Positions 19,183 to 28,758 of a DNA stretch of 32,000 bases are shown piece after piece. The stretch lies in contig NC_010655.1 in assembly GCF_000020225.1 (NCBI RefSeq), positions 1,680,001-1,712,000 of the forward strand, given 5' to 3'. Source of the DNA: Akkermansia muciniphila ATCC BAA-835. GTDB taxonomy: Bacteria > Verrucomicrobiota > Verrucomicrobiia > Verrucomicrobiales > Akkermansiaceae. Numbering within the stretch: the stretch's first letter is position 1; every line of letters begins with the position of its first letter. A program made the position numbers and the translations under genes. The notes beneath the pieces were generated by a model that was given only the letters and a program-made list of their open reading frames with translations, was not told the DNA's origin and did no database searches.

Positions 19183-21132
19183 TTAGGGGGCAGGATGCCG
19201 CGTTCCGGAGGGAACCATGCGGACGATACCTCCGCCTTTGATGCGCATGGTGAAGGAAAGGGCATTTCCGGAAGTGACTTTCCGGGTTTCCACGCTCCAT
19301 CCGTCATTTTTTTCCGCCAGATCCCGGAGAATGGTGGCCTGGTATGCCGTGTTTTTGTCCAGGAAATTCAAAGGAATGGAAACGGTGCGTTCCCTGCCGT
19401 CTCCGTTCATCAGAGCAATGTACCACTGGTTTCCTGACCGCCGGGCGAAGGCAGCGCATTCCCCAATGGCAGACGGCGGAAGGACGATGGTTTCCTCCCA
19501 TACGGAAGGGATGTTCCGGACAACTTCCCGTTCAGGGGAATCCTTCGGGAAAGCAGCTTCCATGTCCGCAGGGTTGGAGACCCAGTGAAGCATGGAGGAC
19601 GTGTAAATGATATTGGCAGCCATTTGGAGGGTCCAGGAAGAGCCGCGCAGCTTGGGGCCGTGGCCAAAGTAGCCTCCCGTGAAATCGGCGTGGCCGGATA
19701 TCAGGCGGGTGAAAGGCAGCGCGCAGTAGTGCTGCCCGCCAATGGCGGCCCAGATGTTCTGTTCTCCGCCGTAAATGCCTTCCCGGCTCATTTCGTGCGG
19801 CCAGGAACGTTCCTCCCCCGTGGGGGTATTGGCTCCGTGGAAGTTGACCATAAGCTTGTTTTTCGCCAGATTTTCCGCTACGGCGTCGTAGAAGGCCAAG
19901 CGTTCCTGAGAGGCGGAGTCCATAAAGTCTATCTTGATTCCCCTGATTCCCGTTTTGGAGAGTGAGCCGAAAAAGCTGCGCATATTTTCCCAGTCATTGG
20001 CGGGGTTGTTGACGTCTGACCATCGCACCCATACCCAGATGCCTACATTTTTGCCAGCGGCGTAGCTGGCCAGTTTGGCCAGCTTGCCCATGCTTTCTGG
20101 TAGGGATGGCCCCCATTTTTTCCACCCTTCGTCAACGAGGTGGTATTCCCAGCCGAATTCGGCAGCCATATCGGCAAAAGCGTATTGGTCGTTTTCCAGG
20201 ACATTCCCGCGGTCCCACCAGGTCCAGGTAGAGCGGCCCGGCCTGATCCAGGAGGCTTTGGAACCTTCCGGAAAAAGCTTCCTGTCCGGTTCCGGAGCCA
20301 GGGAAGGGATGACGTCATTCCGGACCAGTCCGTTCAGGTCGTCATTCACTAGGATGACACGCCAGGGCATTTCCGAGGATGAGGGGGCGGAAAAGCCGCC
20401 GGGATCCTGAAAATATACCGTATGGCATGCGCCATCCTGGAGGGAAAATTTAATGCCGCTCCATTTCCTGTTGAAGTTGGCTGCTTCCTGTATGAGCGCG
20501 ACGCCTCCGTCCGGCAGTTCCGCCGTAATCGGCATGGTGCGGACACAGCTGCGGGGATTGCCGGGATCTTTTTTGAAATCCGTTATTCTGGAAGGAGACC
20601 AGACCCCCTCGCAGGGGCCCAGGGCGGAGGAGGCGTCCTGGGTCCACAGAACGGTTTTTTCCGGAAAGGCGAAGGAGGTTTTTTCTTCACTGATATTCAG
20701 CGAGGGCACTTTCTTCACCTCTTCCGTCCACTCATAGCGGAAGGCGACCCCGTTGTTGAAGACACGGGCCCGGAGCCGGAGGGAGGAGTTCTTCCCGGAA
20801 ACCACGTATTCATTGAAGCAGACGGAAGAGGTGGGGTATTTGCCCCGCGTCTCGAAGGTGTCGCGAACGTTATCCTTCACTTTTTCCACATTCCATCCCG
20901 TGATGCCTCCGGCGAGGTTTTTTCCATTCACGACGACGCCCAGCCCGGATGGTTCCAGAATCGTTTTGCCGCCTTTTTTCAGAGAATGGGCGGCCTGGCT
21001 GCCCGCGTGGAGCCTCCAGGACAGCCGCCCGTCCGGAGATTGCAGGGATGCGTGCGTTTCCTCCGCCTGTCCGGCGCCGGTCAGGAGGCATCCTGCCGTA
21101 CTGCTGAGCATAATGAGTGATTTTACAAGCAT
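19183..21132 (-). CDS. Glycoside hydrolase family 97 (alpha-glucosidase / alpha-galactosidase type)
   Basis: I chose the start at MLVKSLIMLSSTAGC (signal/lipoprotein-like). The catalytic-domain block GIRGIKIDFMDSASQERLAFYDAVAENLAKNKLMVNFHGANTPTGEERSWPHEMSREGIYGGE matches the GH97 pattern (KxDFM ... HG..kPtG..R..P.....EG..G.E). EFGWEYHLVDEGW and GIWVWV also fit. Confidence 0.8.
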   Translation of the reverse strand: MLVKSLIMLSSTAGCLLTGAGQAEETHASLQSPDGRLSWRLHAGSQAAHSLKKGGKTILEPSGLGVVVNGKNLAGGITGWNVEKVKDNVRDTFETRGKYPTSSVCFNEYVVSGKNSSLRLRARVFNNGVAFRYEWTEEVKKVPSLNISEEKTSFAFPEKTVLWTQDASSALGPCEGVWSPSRITDFKKDPGNPRSCVRTMPITAELPDGGVALIQEAANFNRKWSGIKFSLQDGACHTVYFQDPGGFSAPSSSEMPWRVILVNDDLNGLVRNDVIPSLAPEPDRKLFPEGSKASWIRPGRSTWTWWDRGNVLENDQYAFADMAAEFGWEYHLVDEGWKKWGPSLPESMGKLAKLASYAAGKNVGIWVWVRWSDVNNPANDWENMRSFFGSLSKTGIRGIKIDFMDSASQERLAFYDAVAENLAKNKLMVNFHGANTPTGEERSWPHEMSREGIYGGEQNIWAAIGGQHYCALPFTRLISGHADFTGGYFGHGPKLRGSSWTLQMAANIIYTSSMLHWVSNPADMEAAFPKDSPEREVVRNIPSVWEETIVLPPSAIGECAAFARRSGNQWYIALMNGDGRERTVSIPLNFLDKNTAYQATILRDLAEKNDGWSVETRKVTSGNALSFTMRIKGGGIVRMVPSGTRHPAP

Positions 21133-21191
21133 ATCTTTATCAGAATACGTCCGTCTTTGTTCATTTATTGCAAAACAGCGAAGCGGAAATT

Positions 21192-21207
21192 GGAACATCC
21201 ATGTTCC
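21192..21207. promoter_or_regulatory. Perfect 16-bp palindrome GGAACATCCATGTTCC in the GH97 / kinase divergent intergenic region (candidate operator)
   Basis: 7-bp arms with a 2-bp centre, 60 bp upstream of the GH97 ATG (21132, minus strand). It shares the GGAACAT half-site with the repeats upstream of gap. Confidence 0.3.
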
Positions 21208-21472
21208 GAAGGAGGGAAAATGCCGTTCCATTGGAGGCATCCGGGCAATTTCCGGAATAAAGAGGGAAAGCCTTTTTTTCTTCCCACATGAATTTGTAGA
21301 GGTATACCGTTTTTTTCGTGAAGGCCGGAGATTCTTTATGAAGAAGAAATAATAGATATCTTATGTTCCTGTGCAGATAGTTGCAGGAAAATACCGGATT
21401 GGCAGGGAGCAAAAGAATAATCTTTACAAAATAATAGGAAGCAATAAAATAAGGCGCATTGCAAATGTAAGG

Positions 21473-24088
21473 ATGGAGCGTAGCGGTTTTAATAGTGATC
21501 CTGTTTCTTTGGAACAGGATGAGCATTCAGATAATGTTTCTGTACGCAGCTCTTCCAAATTACTTCCTCCCCCGTCCTGGAACGAGTCTTCCGTTTATTC
21601 CAAGGAACTCCCGGCGGGAGCAACTTTGGAACATTATAAAATCCTGAAGGTGCTGGGCAGCGGAGGGTTTGGCATTACCTACCTGGTGCGGGACACCATG
21701 CTGAAGAGAAAAGTAGTTCTTAAAGAAAACTTTCCTTCTTCTTATGCTTACCGGGATCCGTTTACAGGGTGCGTGATACCCAACAATGAACACGATGCCG
21801 AGTCTTTCCAGTGGACCCTTTCCAACTTTTTAAATGAGGCCCGTGTTCTTGCACAACTGGATTCGCCCGGTATCGTGCGGGTTCTTTCCGTGTTTGAGTG
21901 TAACGGAACGGCTTATTTTTCCATGGATTACGTTCAGGGTCTTCCCATGGATTATCTGGGAGAGCAGCAGCTTCTTGCGGGGAACTGTTATTCCGAGGCC
22001 AAGTTGAAGGGGCTGCTGGTGCACATCCTCCAGATTTTGGATTACCTTCATAAAAAAGGCATCTGCCACAGGGATATCAAACCGGGAAATATCCTGCTTA
22101 CGCAGGAAGGGGCTCCCGTCCTCATTGATTTCGGCGCGTCGCGCCGTATCGAGAGCAACCACACCCAGACCGTTCTGGCGACACGTGGTTTTTCTTCTCC
22201 GGAGCAGGCGCTGGGCAGAAAAGATATGGGGCCCTGGAGCGACCTTTATTCCCTGGGTGCTACATTTTATTCCCTGCTGAAGGGCTTTGCGCCGCCCAGA
22301 GGGGAGGAACGGCTGATCAACGACACCATACAGCCGCTGGCCGCATCCTCTTCGTTGTCTTCCCATTATTCGAAAAATTTTCTGAAAACCATCGACAAGG
22401 CCCTTTCTCCGCGTGTGGAAGACCGTTATGCTTCCGCAGAAGCGTGGATGAAGGATCTGAGGGTTGAGGGAGGCGCCGTTTCAACCATTCAGTTCTCCCC
22501 CGAGGAGTTCAAATCAGCCCGTAAGCGTTTTTTCAATTTGTTTGCCTTATCCTCTTCCCGCCTTATGTCGGAAGGACAGGAACATTTGAGGACGAGTCGG
22601 AAGATAGCGTTTGGGATGATTATTGTCCTGGGAATTATAGGCGCGCTTCTGGGATATTCTATTCACGGGGGGAACAGAACGGAGAATGAAGATGCGTTAG
22701 GGCTGCGTTTTCCCAGTGTGATGTCCACTCCCATTCCCCAGATTATTTCAGATTCAAGGGATGTGTCATTGTTAAGTTCCATGGATCATTTTGACGTCAG
22801 GCTGGATAGCCCGTCTTTATCGCGTCATGCTCTGCCGTCCGTGCTGCCCGACCGTTTTTCACTTGCATGCGTTCATTTAAGGGTGCTTCAGGAAGACAAG
22901 ATGTGCCCGCCCCTGTATCTGACCATACGTGATGAGCAGGGGAAGCTGGTTTCCCGGTCATTTAACGGTTTTTCCTTCACCTTGATTGAAAGTCCGGTGC
23001 TTACAGGATTCCGTTTTGTGGATCTTCCTGCTCTGAAAGTAGATGCCCCTTACAGATTCAGTTTTGAGACCAAGGATAATGTTCCCCATCCTTTGAAGGT
23101 GGTTTCTTCCCAAATTACGACGTTGGAGAGCGGGAAAGTCCTGAAGCCCCATTTCAAATTCATCTGCGCGGCGTATGATCCCGGTGTGAAAGCTTCTCTG
23201 GACAGCCCGGAGAACAGCAAACTCCGGGAACTGCTTATCGCTTCCCGGAAAAGGAACCGTACGGAAATTGATTCCATCGTGCTGACGGAGCGGGAGAAGG
23301 TTCAGTTGCGGAAATTCGCCAGGGCGGGGTATCCTTCCGCGCAGTATAAAATAGCCCGTCTTATTTTCGAACGGGATGGAAGATACGGGGAAGAAGGTGG
23401 CGCCTGGCTTTATAAGGCGGCCATGGGCGGCTTTATTGTCGCCCAGAGGGATTTGGCGTTTCTTCTTGTAGGCGGCAAGGAGTTTTTCCCGGATATTCTT
23501 CAGTGTCCGGTCAGCCTGTCCCAGAACTATTCCCAGGCGGTTGATTTGCTGTTGATGTCTTTTACGGCGCAGGATCCTTCCGCCCTGTACATGCTGGGCA
23601 TTTTGTATTCCCAGGGGTGGGGGGTGGATTATTCCGCAGAGATGGTCATGAGGCTGTCCAAACTGTTGGCCGGTTCCGGTTATGATTTGTCGCGGCTCAC
23701 TTTGTCCGCCCCCATTTTAGCCCATTGGGAGCTTCTGGGGCAGCAGGATGGCGCTTATACGCGGATGTGCTGTTCCATTCCGGACAGGAAGATGAAGCAA
23801 TTTTCAGGTGTTCGTCTGGTGCGGACTTCCAAAGAGGGGGGAAGTCTTTTTATTGACAAGGTAATTCTGTTCAGGGACGGGCAGGAAGTTATGTCCCGTT
23901 CTTTCCGTTCGGCTCTTACCCAGGAATCTCCCGTTCTGGAGGTGTCCATGAATATGGAGGATTACGCAGAGAATGTGGAGAATTTCGAGTGGTCAATAGA
24001 AGTGATCATGGCTTCGGCCAACACATGCGGCATCATGGAAATGATGGAAAAAAAGGAGCTTTCCAACGATAAAGAGAAGCGGATTTGA
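21473..24088 (+). CDS. Membrane Ser/Thr protein kinase (Hanks type) with a periplasmic region containing Sel1/TPR-like repeats and a duplicated unknown module
   Basis: I chose the ATG at 21473 (MERSGF..) over the GTG at 21371. Kinase motifs are GSGGFGITY, VVLKE, HRDIKPGNILL, DFGASR and SPEQ. There is a single TM helix (IAFGMIIVLGIIGALLGYSI). Sel1-like repeats include AQYKIARLIFE..., GGAWLYKAAMGG and YMLGILYSQGWGV. Confidence 0.85.
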   Translation: MERSGFNSDPVSLEQDEHSDNVSVRSSSKLLPPPSWNESSVYSKELPAGATLEHYKILKVLGSGGFGITYLVRDTMLKRKVVLKENFPSSYAYRDPFTGCVIPNNEHDAESFQWTLSNFLNEARVLAQLDSPGIVRVLSVFECNGTAYFSMDYVQGLPMDYLGEQQLLAGNCYSEAKLKGLLVHILQILDYLHKKGICHRDIKPGNILLTQEGAPVLIDFGASRRIESNHTQTVLATRGFSSPEQALGRKDMGPWSDLYSLGATFYSLLKGFAPPRGEERLINDTIQPLAASSSLSSHYSKNFLKTIDKALSPRVEDRYASAEAWMKDLRVEGGAVSTIQFSPEEFKSARKRFFNLFALSSSRLMSEGQEHLRTSRKIAFGMIIVLGIIGALLGYSIHGGNRTENEDALGLRFPSVMSTPIPQIISDSRDVSLLSSMDHFDVRLDSPSLSRHALPSVLPDRFSLACVHLRVLQEDKMCPPLYLTIRDEQGKLVSRSFNGFSFTLIESPVLTGFRFVDLPALKVDAPYRFSFETKDNVPHPLKVVSSQITTLESGKVLKPHFKFICAAYDPGVKASLDSPENSKLRELLIASRKRNRTEIDSIVLTEREKVQLRKFARAGYPSAQYKIARLIFERDGRYGEEGGAWLYKAAMGGFIVAQRDLAFLLVGGKEFFPDILQCPVSLSQNYSQAVDLLLMSFTAQDPSALYMLGILYSQGWGVDYSAEMVMRLSKLLAGSGYDLSRLTLSAPILAHWELLGQQDGAYTRMCCSIPDRKMKQFSGVRLVRTSKEGGSLFIDKVILFRDGQEVMSRSFRSALTQESPVLEVSMNMEDYAENVENFEWSIEVIMASANTCGIMEMMEKKELSNDKEKRI

Positions 24089-24234
24089 TGGAAAGCTGCC
24101 GGAGCGGTCTGGCGGATACGCGGTTTCGTATTCCTGCCGTAAACCCGTTCCGGCATGGCAAGGGGCAAGAACTGTTTTCCGGGTTTTCATGTTTTCCCAT
24201 GGGTGAATTCAGCCACGGGATGACCGCAGCGGAT

Positions 24235-27200
24235 TTAAATGTTTTTCAGCATGTCCAGCGTTTCCCGGAGTTTGTCCGCGGGAGCGGCGCTTGCCAGCCG
24301 CGGGAATTTGTTGGACAACAGGATAAAATCCCCGTTTCTGGTGAGCATCAGGCGCTGTCCGCTGATTTCCACCATGGAGATGTTGGCATGGGATGCCAGG
24401 ATTTTGATTTTGTGGGAGTCCAGCAGGTGGCGCACCGTTTCCGGCGCGGGGCCGAAGCGGTCTTCCCAGGCGCGGAGCAGATTGTCCGCTTCCTTAAGGG
24501 TCCGGACGGCGGCCAGATCCTTGTAGGCGGAGATGCGCAGGGCCGCGTCACTGATGTATTCCCTGGGAAGGAAGGCTCCCAGATAGTCCTTGCGGGATTT
24601 TGCGGCGAACTGCGTTTCGCTGTTGATGATGAAGTCCGTTCTTAGAGCCGCATCCGGACGGGGGGCCGTGCGTTTGCCCTGCATCTGGGCGATGGATTGC
24701 TGGAGAAGCTGGCAATACAGGTCAAAGCCTATGGCGGCGATGTGGCCGCTCTGCTGGGTTCCCAACAGGTTGCCCGCACCGCGTATTTCCAGGTCCCTCA
24801 TGGCAATTTTGAAGCCGGGAACCCAGTTCCGTATACTGTTTGATGGCGGAGACGCGTTTGCGGGCGTCTCCCGTGGTGGTGGCGGATCTGGGGAGCATGA
24901 GGTAGGCGTAGGCCCGGTGACCCGCACGGCCCACGCGGCCGCGGAGCTGGTAAAGGTCCGCCAGGCCGAAGCGGTCCGCGCGGTCAATGATGATGGTGTT
25001 GGCGTTCGGAATGTCGATGCCGGATTCGATGATGGTGGTGGCCAGCAGGATGTCCGCTTTTCCCTGCACGAAGGTGCGCATGACCTTTTCCAGTTCTTCT
25101 TTAGGCATTTGGCCGTGGCCGATGACGATGCGGGCCTTGGGCACCAGGGCCTGGATGCGGTCCCGGAACAGTTCGATGGTTTTCACGCGGTTGTGCAGCA
25201 GGAAAATCTGTCCTCCGCGCTCCAGCTCGCGTTCCATGGCCTTTTTCATGATGCGTTCGTCGTAAGGGCACACGCTTGTCTGGACGGGCTGCCGGTTGAC
25301 GGGAGGGGTTTCAATGGAGCTCATGTCACGTGCTCCCATCAGGGCAATGTACAGGGTGCGGGGAATGGGCGTGGCGGACAGCGTCAGCACGTCAATTCCC
25401 TTGAAGCGTTCCTTGAATTTTTCCTTGTGTCTGACGCCGAAGCGCTGTTCCTCGTCAATGACTACCAGGCCCAGATTTTTCATGGATACGTCATCGGAAA
25501 TGAGCCGGTGCGTGCCTATGACGATGTCCACGGCTCCCGTTCTGAGCCCTTCCAGCGTGGAGCGGATGTTCGCCGCGCTACTGAAGCGGCTGAGCATTTC
25601 AATACGTACGGGGTATTCGCTCATGCGTTCCTTGAACGTGCGGAAATGCTGTTCCGCCAATACGGTGGTGGGGACCAGCACGGCCGCCTGGCGGCCTCCC
25701 GTCACGCATTTGAAGGCGGCGCGGATGGCAACTTCCGTTTTTCCGAAGCCCACGTCTCCGCAGATCAGGCGGTCCATGGGGCGGGTGGATTCCATGTCCG
25801 CTTTCGTCTGGGCGATGGCGCGGAGCTGGTCCTGGGTTTCCCGGAAGGGAAAGGAGCTTTCAAATTCCCACATCCATTTGCTGTCCGGGGGGTGGCTGTA
25901 GCCTTTTCCTGTCTGGCGTTCCGCCTGGACGTTGAGGAGCTGGGCGGCGTAATCCGCCACGGATCGTTCTGCGGATTTTTTGGCGCGCTGCCATTTGGAG
26001 TCCCCCAGTTTGTTGAGTTCCGGCGTTTTGCTTCCCAGGCCTATGTATCGTGAGACCAGGTGCGCCTGGCTGAGGGGGACGTGCAGGATCGTGTTGTCCC
26101 GGTAGAGGATGTTCATTTCCTCGTCTCCGGAGTCAGGGGCGGCGGAAATGTTGATGAATTTGCCGATGCCGTAGCTGGTATGCACCACCAGATCACCGGG
26201 ATTGATGTCTTTCAGGGATGCCTGCGCGCGTGCCTTGCGCGCCTTGTCTTCCCGGCTGGCGCGGCGGCGCGCCGTAGCGGACTGGTACCTGCCGAACAGT
26301 TCCGAGGAAGAGAGGACGGCCGTTTTCGCTTCCGGGATGCTGAACCCTGCCGGAAGTTCTCCGCGAAGGGGGGTGATGGACAGCAGAGAGGGCGTTCCGG
26401 CGCAGATGTCCCGGAAGCGTTCTTCCTCCCCTTCATTGGGGAAGAACATGCTGACATTCCATTTCCGGTCCAGCCATTCCCGGATTTGGCGTTCCGCCAG
26501 TTCACGGCGCATTTCCTGCATCACGAAGTCCCCCGCCTCAAAGCTGCCCAGGGGATTGTCATGGATGGCAAGGGAGAAGTCTTCTTCCCCCGCCGCATTT
26601 TCCGGGGGGGAGGTGAGGATGCATACGTTCCCCCGTTCCTTGCAGAAAGGGGCGGTAATAACCAGGTCGCCCGGTTTGATCCAGTCCCGCAGGGTTTCCG
26701 CGCCCTCGGCTTCCGTCAGTATGAGGTTGACGTGTTCCGCCTTGCGGAAGGAAATCTGGGAATCCACATCAAATTCCCGGATGGATTCAATTTCATCGTC
26801 AAAAAACTCCAGGCGCACGGGGTGGGAGGACTGGAGAGGAAAGACATCCAGGATGCCGCCGCGTCGGGACCATTGCCCGCGGGAAATGACCTGTGGAACA
26901 CCTTCAAATCCCGCTTCCCCAAACTGCCGTATCAAGTCGTCCGGTGCGTGCGTCTCCCCCGTTTTCAGGGTGATCCCCTGGTTTTGCATGCCGTCGGGGG
27001 ACGGAACCTCATCGTTCAGGCTGCCTTCCGTCAAAATGATGGTTTGGCCGCCCGTGCGGCTGGAAGAGATGCGGTGAAGGATATTCAGACGTTCCGCGGC
27101 GAGCTCCGGGTCCCCCATTTCCTCCCCTAGGGCCACCTCTTTTTCCGGAATGAAGAGGAGGTGGCGCACTCCCCAGGTTTCCAGTTGGGCTGCAAGGGCT

Positions 27201-27412
27201 TCCTGAGCCCGCAAATGGGGCGCGACCACCCAGGCCCGGGCGGTATTCGGAAGGGTTCTGATACACAGGGCCGCTACAAACGGCACCCCGGGCAGGGAAG
27301 TATGGTCGAAAACCGCCTGTTCCTCCGTGCCCAGTTTCGCCAGTTCCCGGTGAAAGGGGGCGGTACGGGCTACCCTGTCCATCAGGGCGGATATGGAAGC
27401 TTCTTCTGCCAT
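24235..27412 (-). pseudogene. mfd: Transcription-repair coupling factor Mfd, reading frame interrupted by one extra base (two overlapping ORFs, 24722..27412 and 24235..24987)
   Basis: The upstream ORF carries the UvrB-homology region, the CarD-like RNAP-interaction domain (GDLVVHTSYGIGKF), and helicase motifs GDVGFGKTEV, DEEQRFG and QLRGRVGR. It ends in nonsense after ...AIKQYTELGS. The conserved continuation GFKIAMRDLEIRGAGNLLGTQQSG and the TRCF C-terminal domain lie in another frame. On the minus strand the junction reads GGT TCC C GGC TTC, which is the GGG run at 24817-24819 on the plus strand. Confidence 0.85.
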
Positions 27413-27538
27413 GCGTGTCTGTGAATCCCTGTTGAGGGAAGTGTGCCGCCTTTCCCTCCCGTGTCAACGGTTTTTCAGGGCACAAACCGCCCTTCGTTTT
27501 CCGTCGGGGGACTGTTTCCACGGAACGCGCGGCACAGT

Positions 27539-28723
27539 TCAGGAAGAGGAACGGAAGCGGATTTTAACGCCGGCCTTGCGCCATTTCTGTTCAATTTCTT
27601 TGGCCAGTTCTTCATAGCTCCGTCCGTCAAGGAGGAGTTTCTGAGCTTCCTTTTCACTGGTTCCGGATTGAATGGCTTTCATGTAATTCTTGATGCGCCG
27701 GGCATCGCCCTTGCCGTCCATGTGGTAAAAATAGTAGGCCATCAGGGCGGCCAGGCCGTAGTTCAGGTTGGCGTTTTCTCCCGTGAACTGGGAATAGGGC
27801 ATGTTCATGTAAGCTTCCAGGCCGGGCGCCTCAAAGTCATCCCCAAGGGCCCGTCCCCCCGTATTTTTTTTGCCGTATTCCGTCACGCGGGAGACAATGT
27901 GGGATCGGTTGGCTCCAAAGTTGAAGCGGCCTCCGGCATAGGGCGTCATGCCCATGTATTCCGCGGAGCCTTCACAAAACCAGCTGGCCTGCTTGGCCTG
28001 CGAAGACATGAGCTGGTGCGTCAGTTCATGGATGAGGGTGGAAGCGTCCTTGTCACGGTCAATGACGTATGTGCTTCCCATGGTTTTGACTCCCAGGGAA
28101 TCGAACGGAACCAGAATTCTTCCGCGGTCCCCTGGCCGCGTTGTCCCCAGGAAGATGCCCGCCGTGCCTTCGCGTCCGCCGTTTTCCAGATAGGTGCTGA
28201 ATTTTTCATACAGGTAGGCGGGGAATTTGGCGGAATCGTCATGGGCAGGGGAGTTTCCTATAGGAAGGGTTTTGTTGGCCAAGTGGGTGGCCTCAAAGAG
28301 GAGGCCCAGGCGCTTGATCATGCCGGTGCCCAGCTTGGCGTCGCAGATGAAGCGGAAATGGGGTGTTTCATAAATATATTCTCCCGGTTCCTCCTTGATG
28401 GTTTCCACCTTGAAATTGTCCGGGCATTTGACGCTCCTGGGCCACGGCAGGTGGTAATTGTCCGCCGTATTGGAGGGGAGTGCCCCTCCTTTTTCCTGTT
28501 CCGCGATGAAATCCCTGTCTTCCCGGGAGAGCTGGGTGAGGGGAATGGAGACGGTTTGGCCGCCGGAACGTTTCAGCACGGCTTTCTGGCCGTCCAGCCT
28601 GATGAATTCTGCTTCCAGTTTTTTCCCTTGGAGGTTGGTCCAGGTGCGCCCCTGTGCAAGGGGGGTAAGGAAAAGGGTGAACAGAGTTCCCGCCGCCAGG
28701 CAGAGGCGTGCGGGCTTTTTCAT
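27539..28723 (-). CDS. Secreted SHD1-domain + peptidase-MA-like (HExxH...E) putative metalloprotease
   Basis: I chose the start at MKKPARLCLAAGTLFTLFLTPLAQG (signal peptide). Alternative ATGs exist at 28744 and 28750; the long listed ORF to 29344 overlaps the upstream MFS gene. The N-terminal segment WTNLQGKKLEAEFIRLDGQKAVLKR...IPLTQLSREDRDFI is SHD1-like. The zinc motif is LIHELTHQL, followed by WFCEGSAEY as in Peptidase_MA_2/DUF1570-type proteins. Confidence 0.6.
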   Translation of the reverse strand: MKKPARLCLAAGTLFTLFLTPLAQGRTWTNLQGKKLEAEFIRLDGQKAVLKRSGGQTVSIPLTQLSREDRDFIAEQEKGGALPSNTADNYHLPWPRSVKCPDNFKVETIKEEPGEYIYETPHFRFICDAKLGTGMIKRLGLLFEATHLANKTLPIGNSPAHDDSAKFPAYLYEKFSTYLENGGREGTAGIFLGTTRPGDRGRILVPFDSLGVKTMGSTYVIDRDKDASTLIHELTHQLMSSQAKQASWFCEGSAEYMGMTPYAGGRFNFGANRSHIVSRVTEYGKKNTGGRALGDDFEAPGLEAYMNMPYSQFTGENANLNYGLAALMAYYFYHMDGKGDARRIKNYMKAIQSGTSEKEAQKLLLDGRSYEELAKEIEQKWRKAGVKIRFRSSS

Positions 28724-28758
28724 CAGGGGTAAGACGGGAGGCATGAACATAATTGCGT

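Noticed and set aside
21371-21472. GTG start at 21371 for the Ser/Thr kinase.
   Set aside because: The extra 34 residues (VQIVAGKYRIGREQKNNLYKIIGSNKIRRIANVR) are encoded by AT-rich, promoter-like sequence. The ATG at 21473 is preceded by an AAGGA-like element and leaves a normal N-terminal arm before the kinase domain. The start remains somewhat uncertain.
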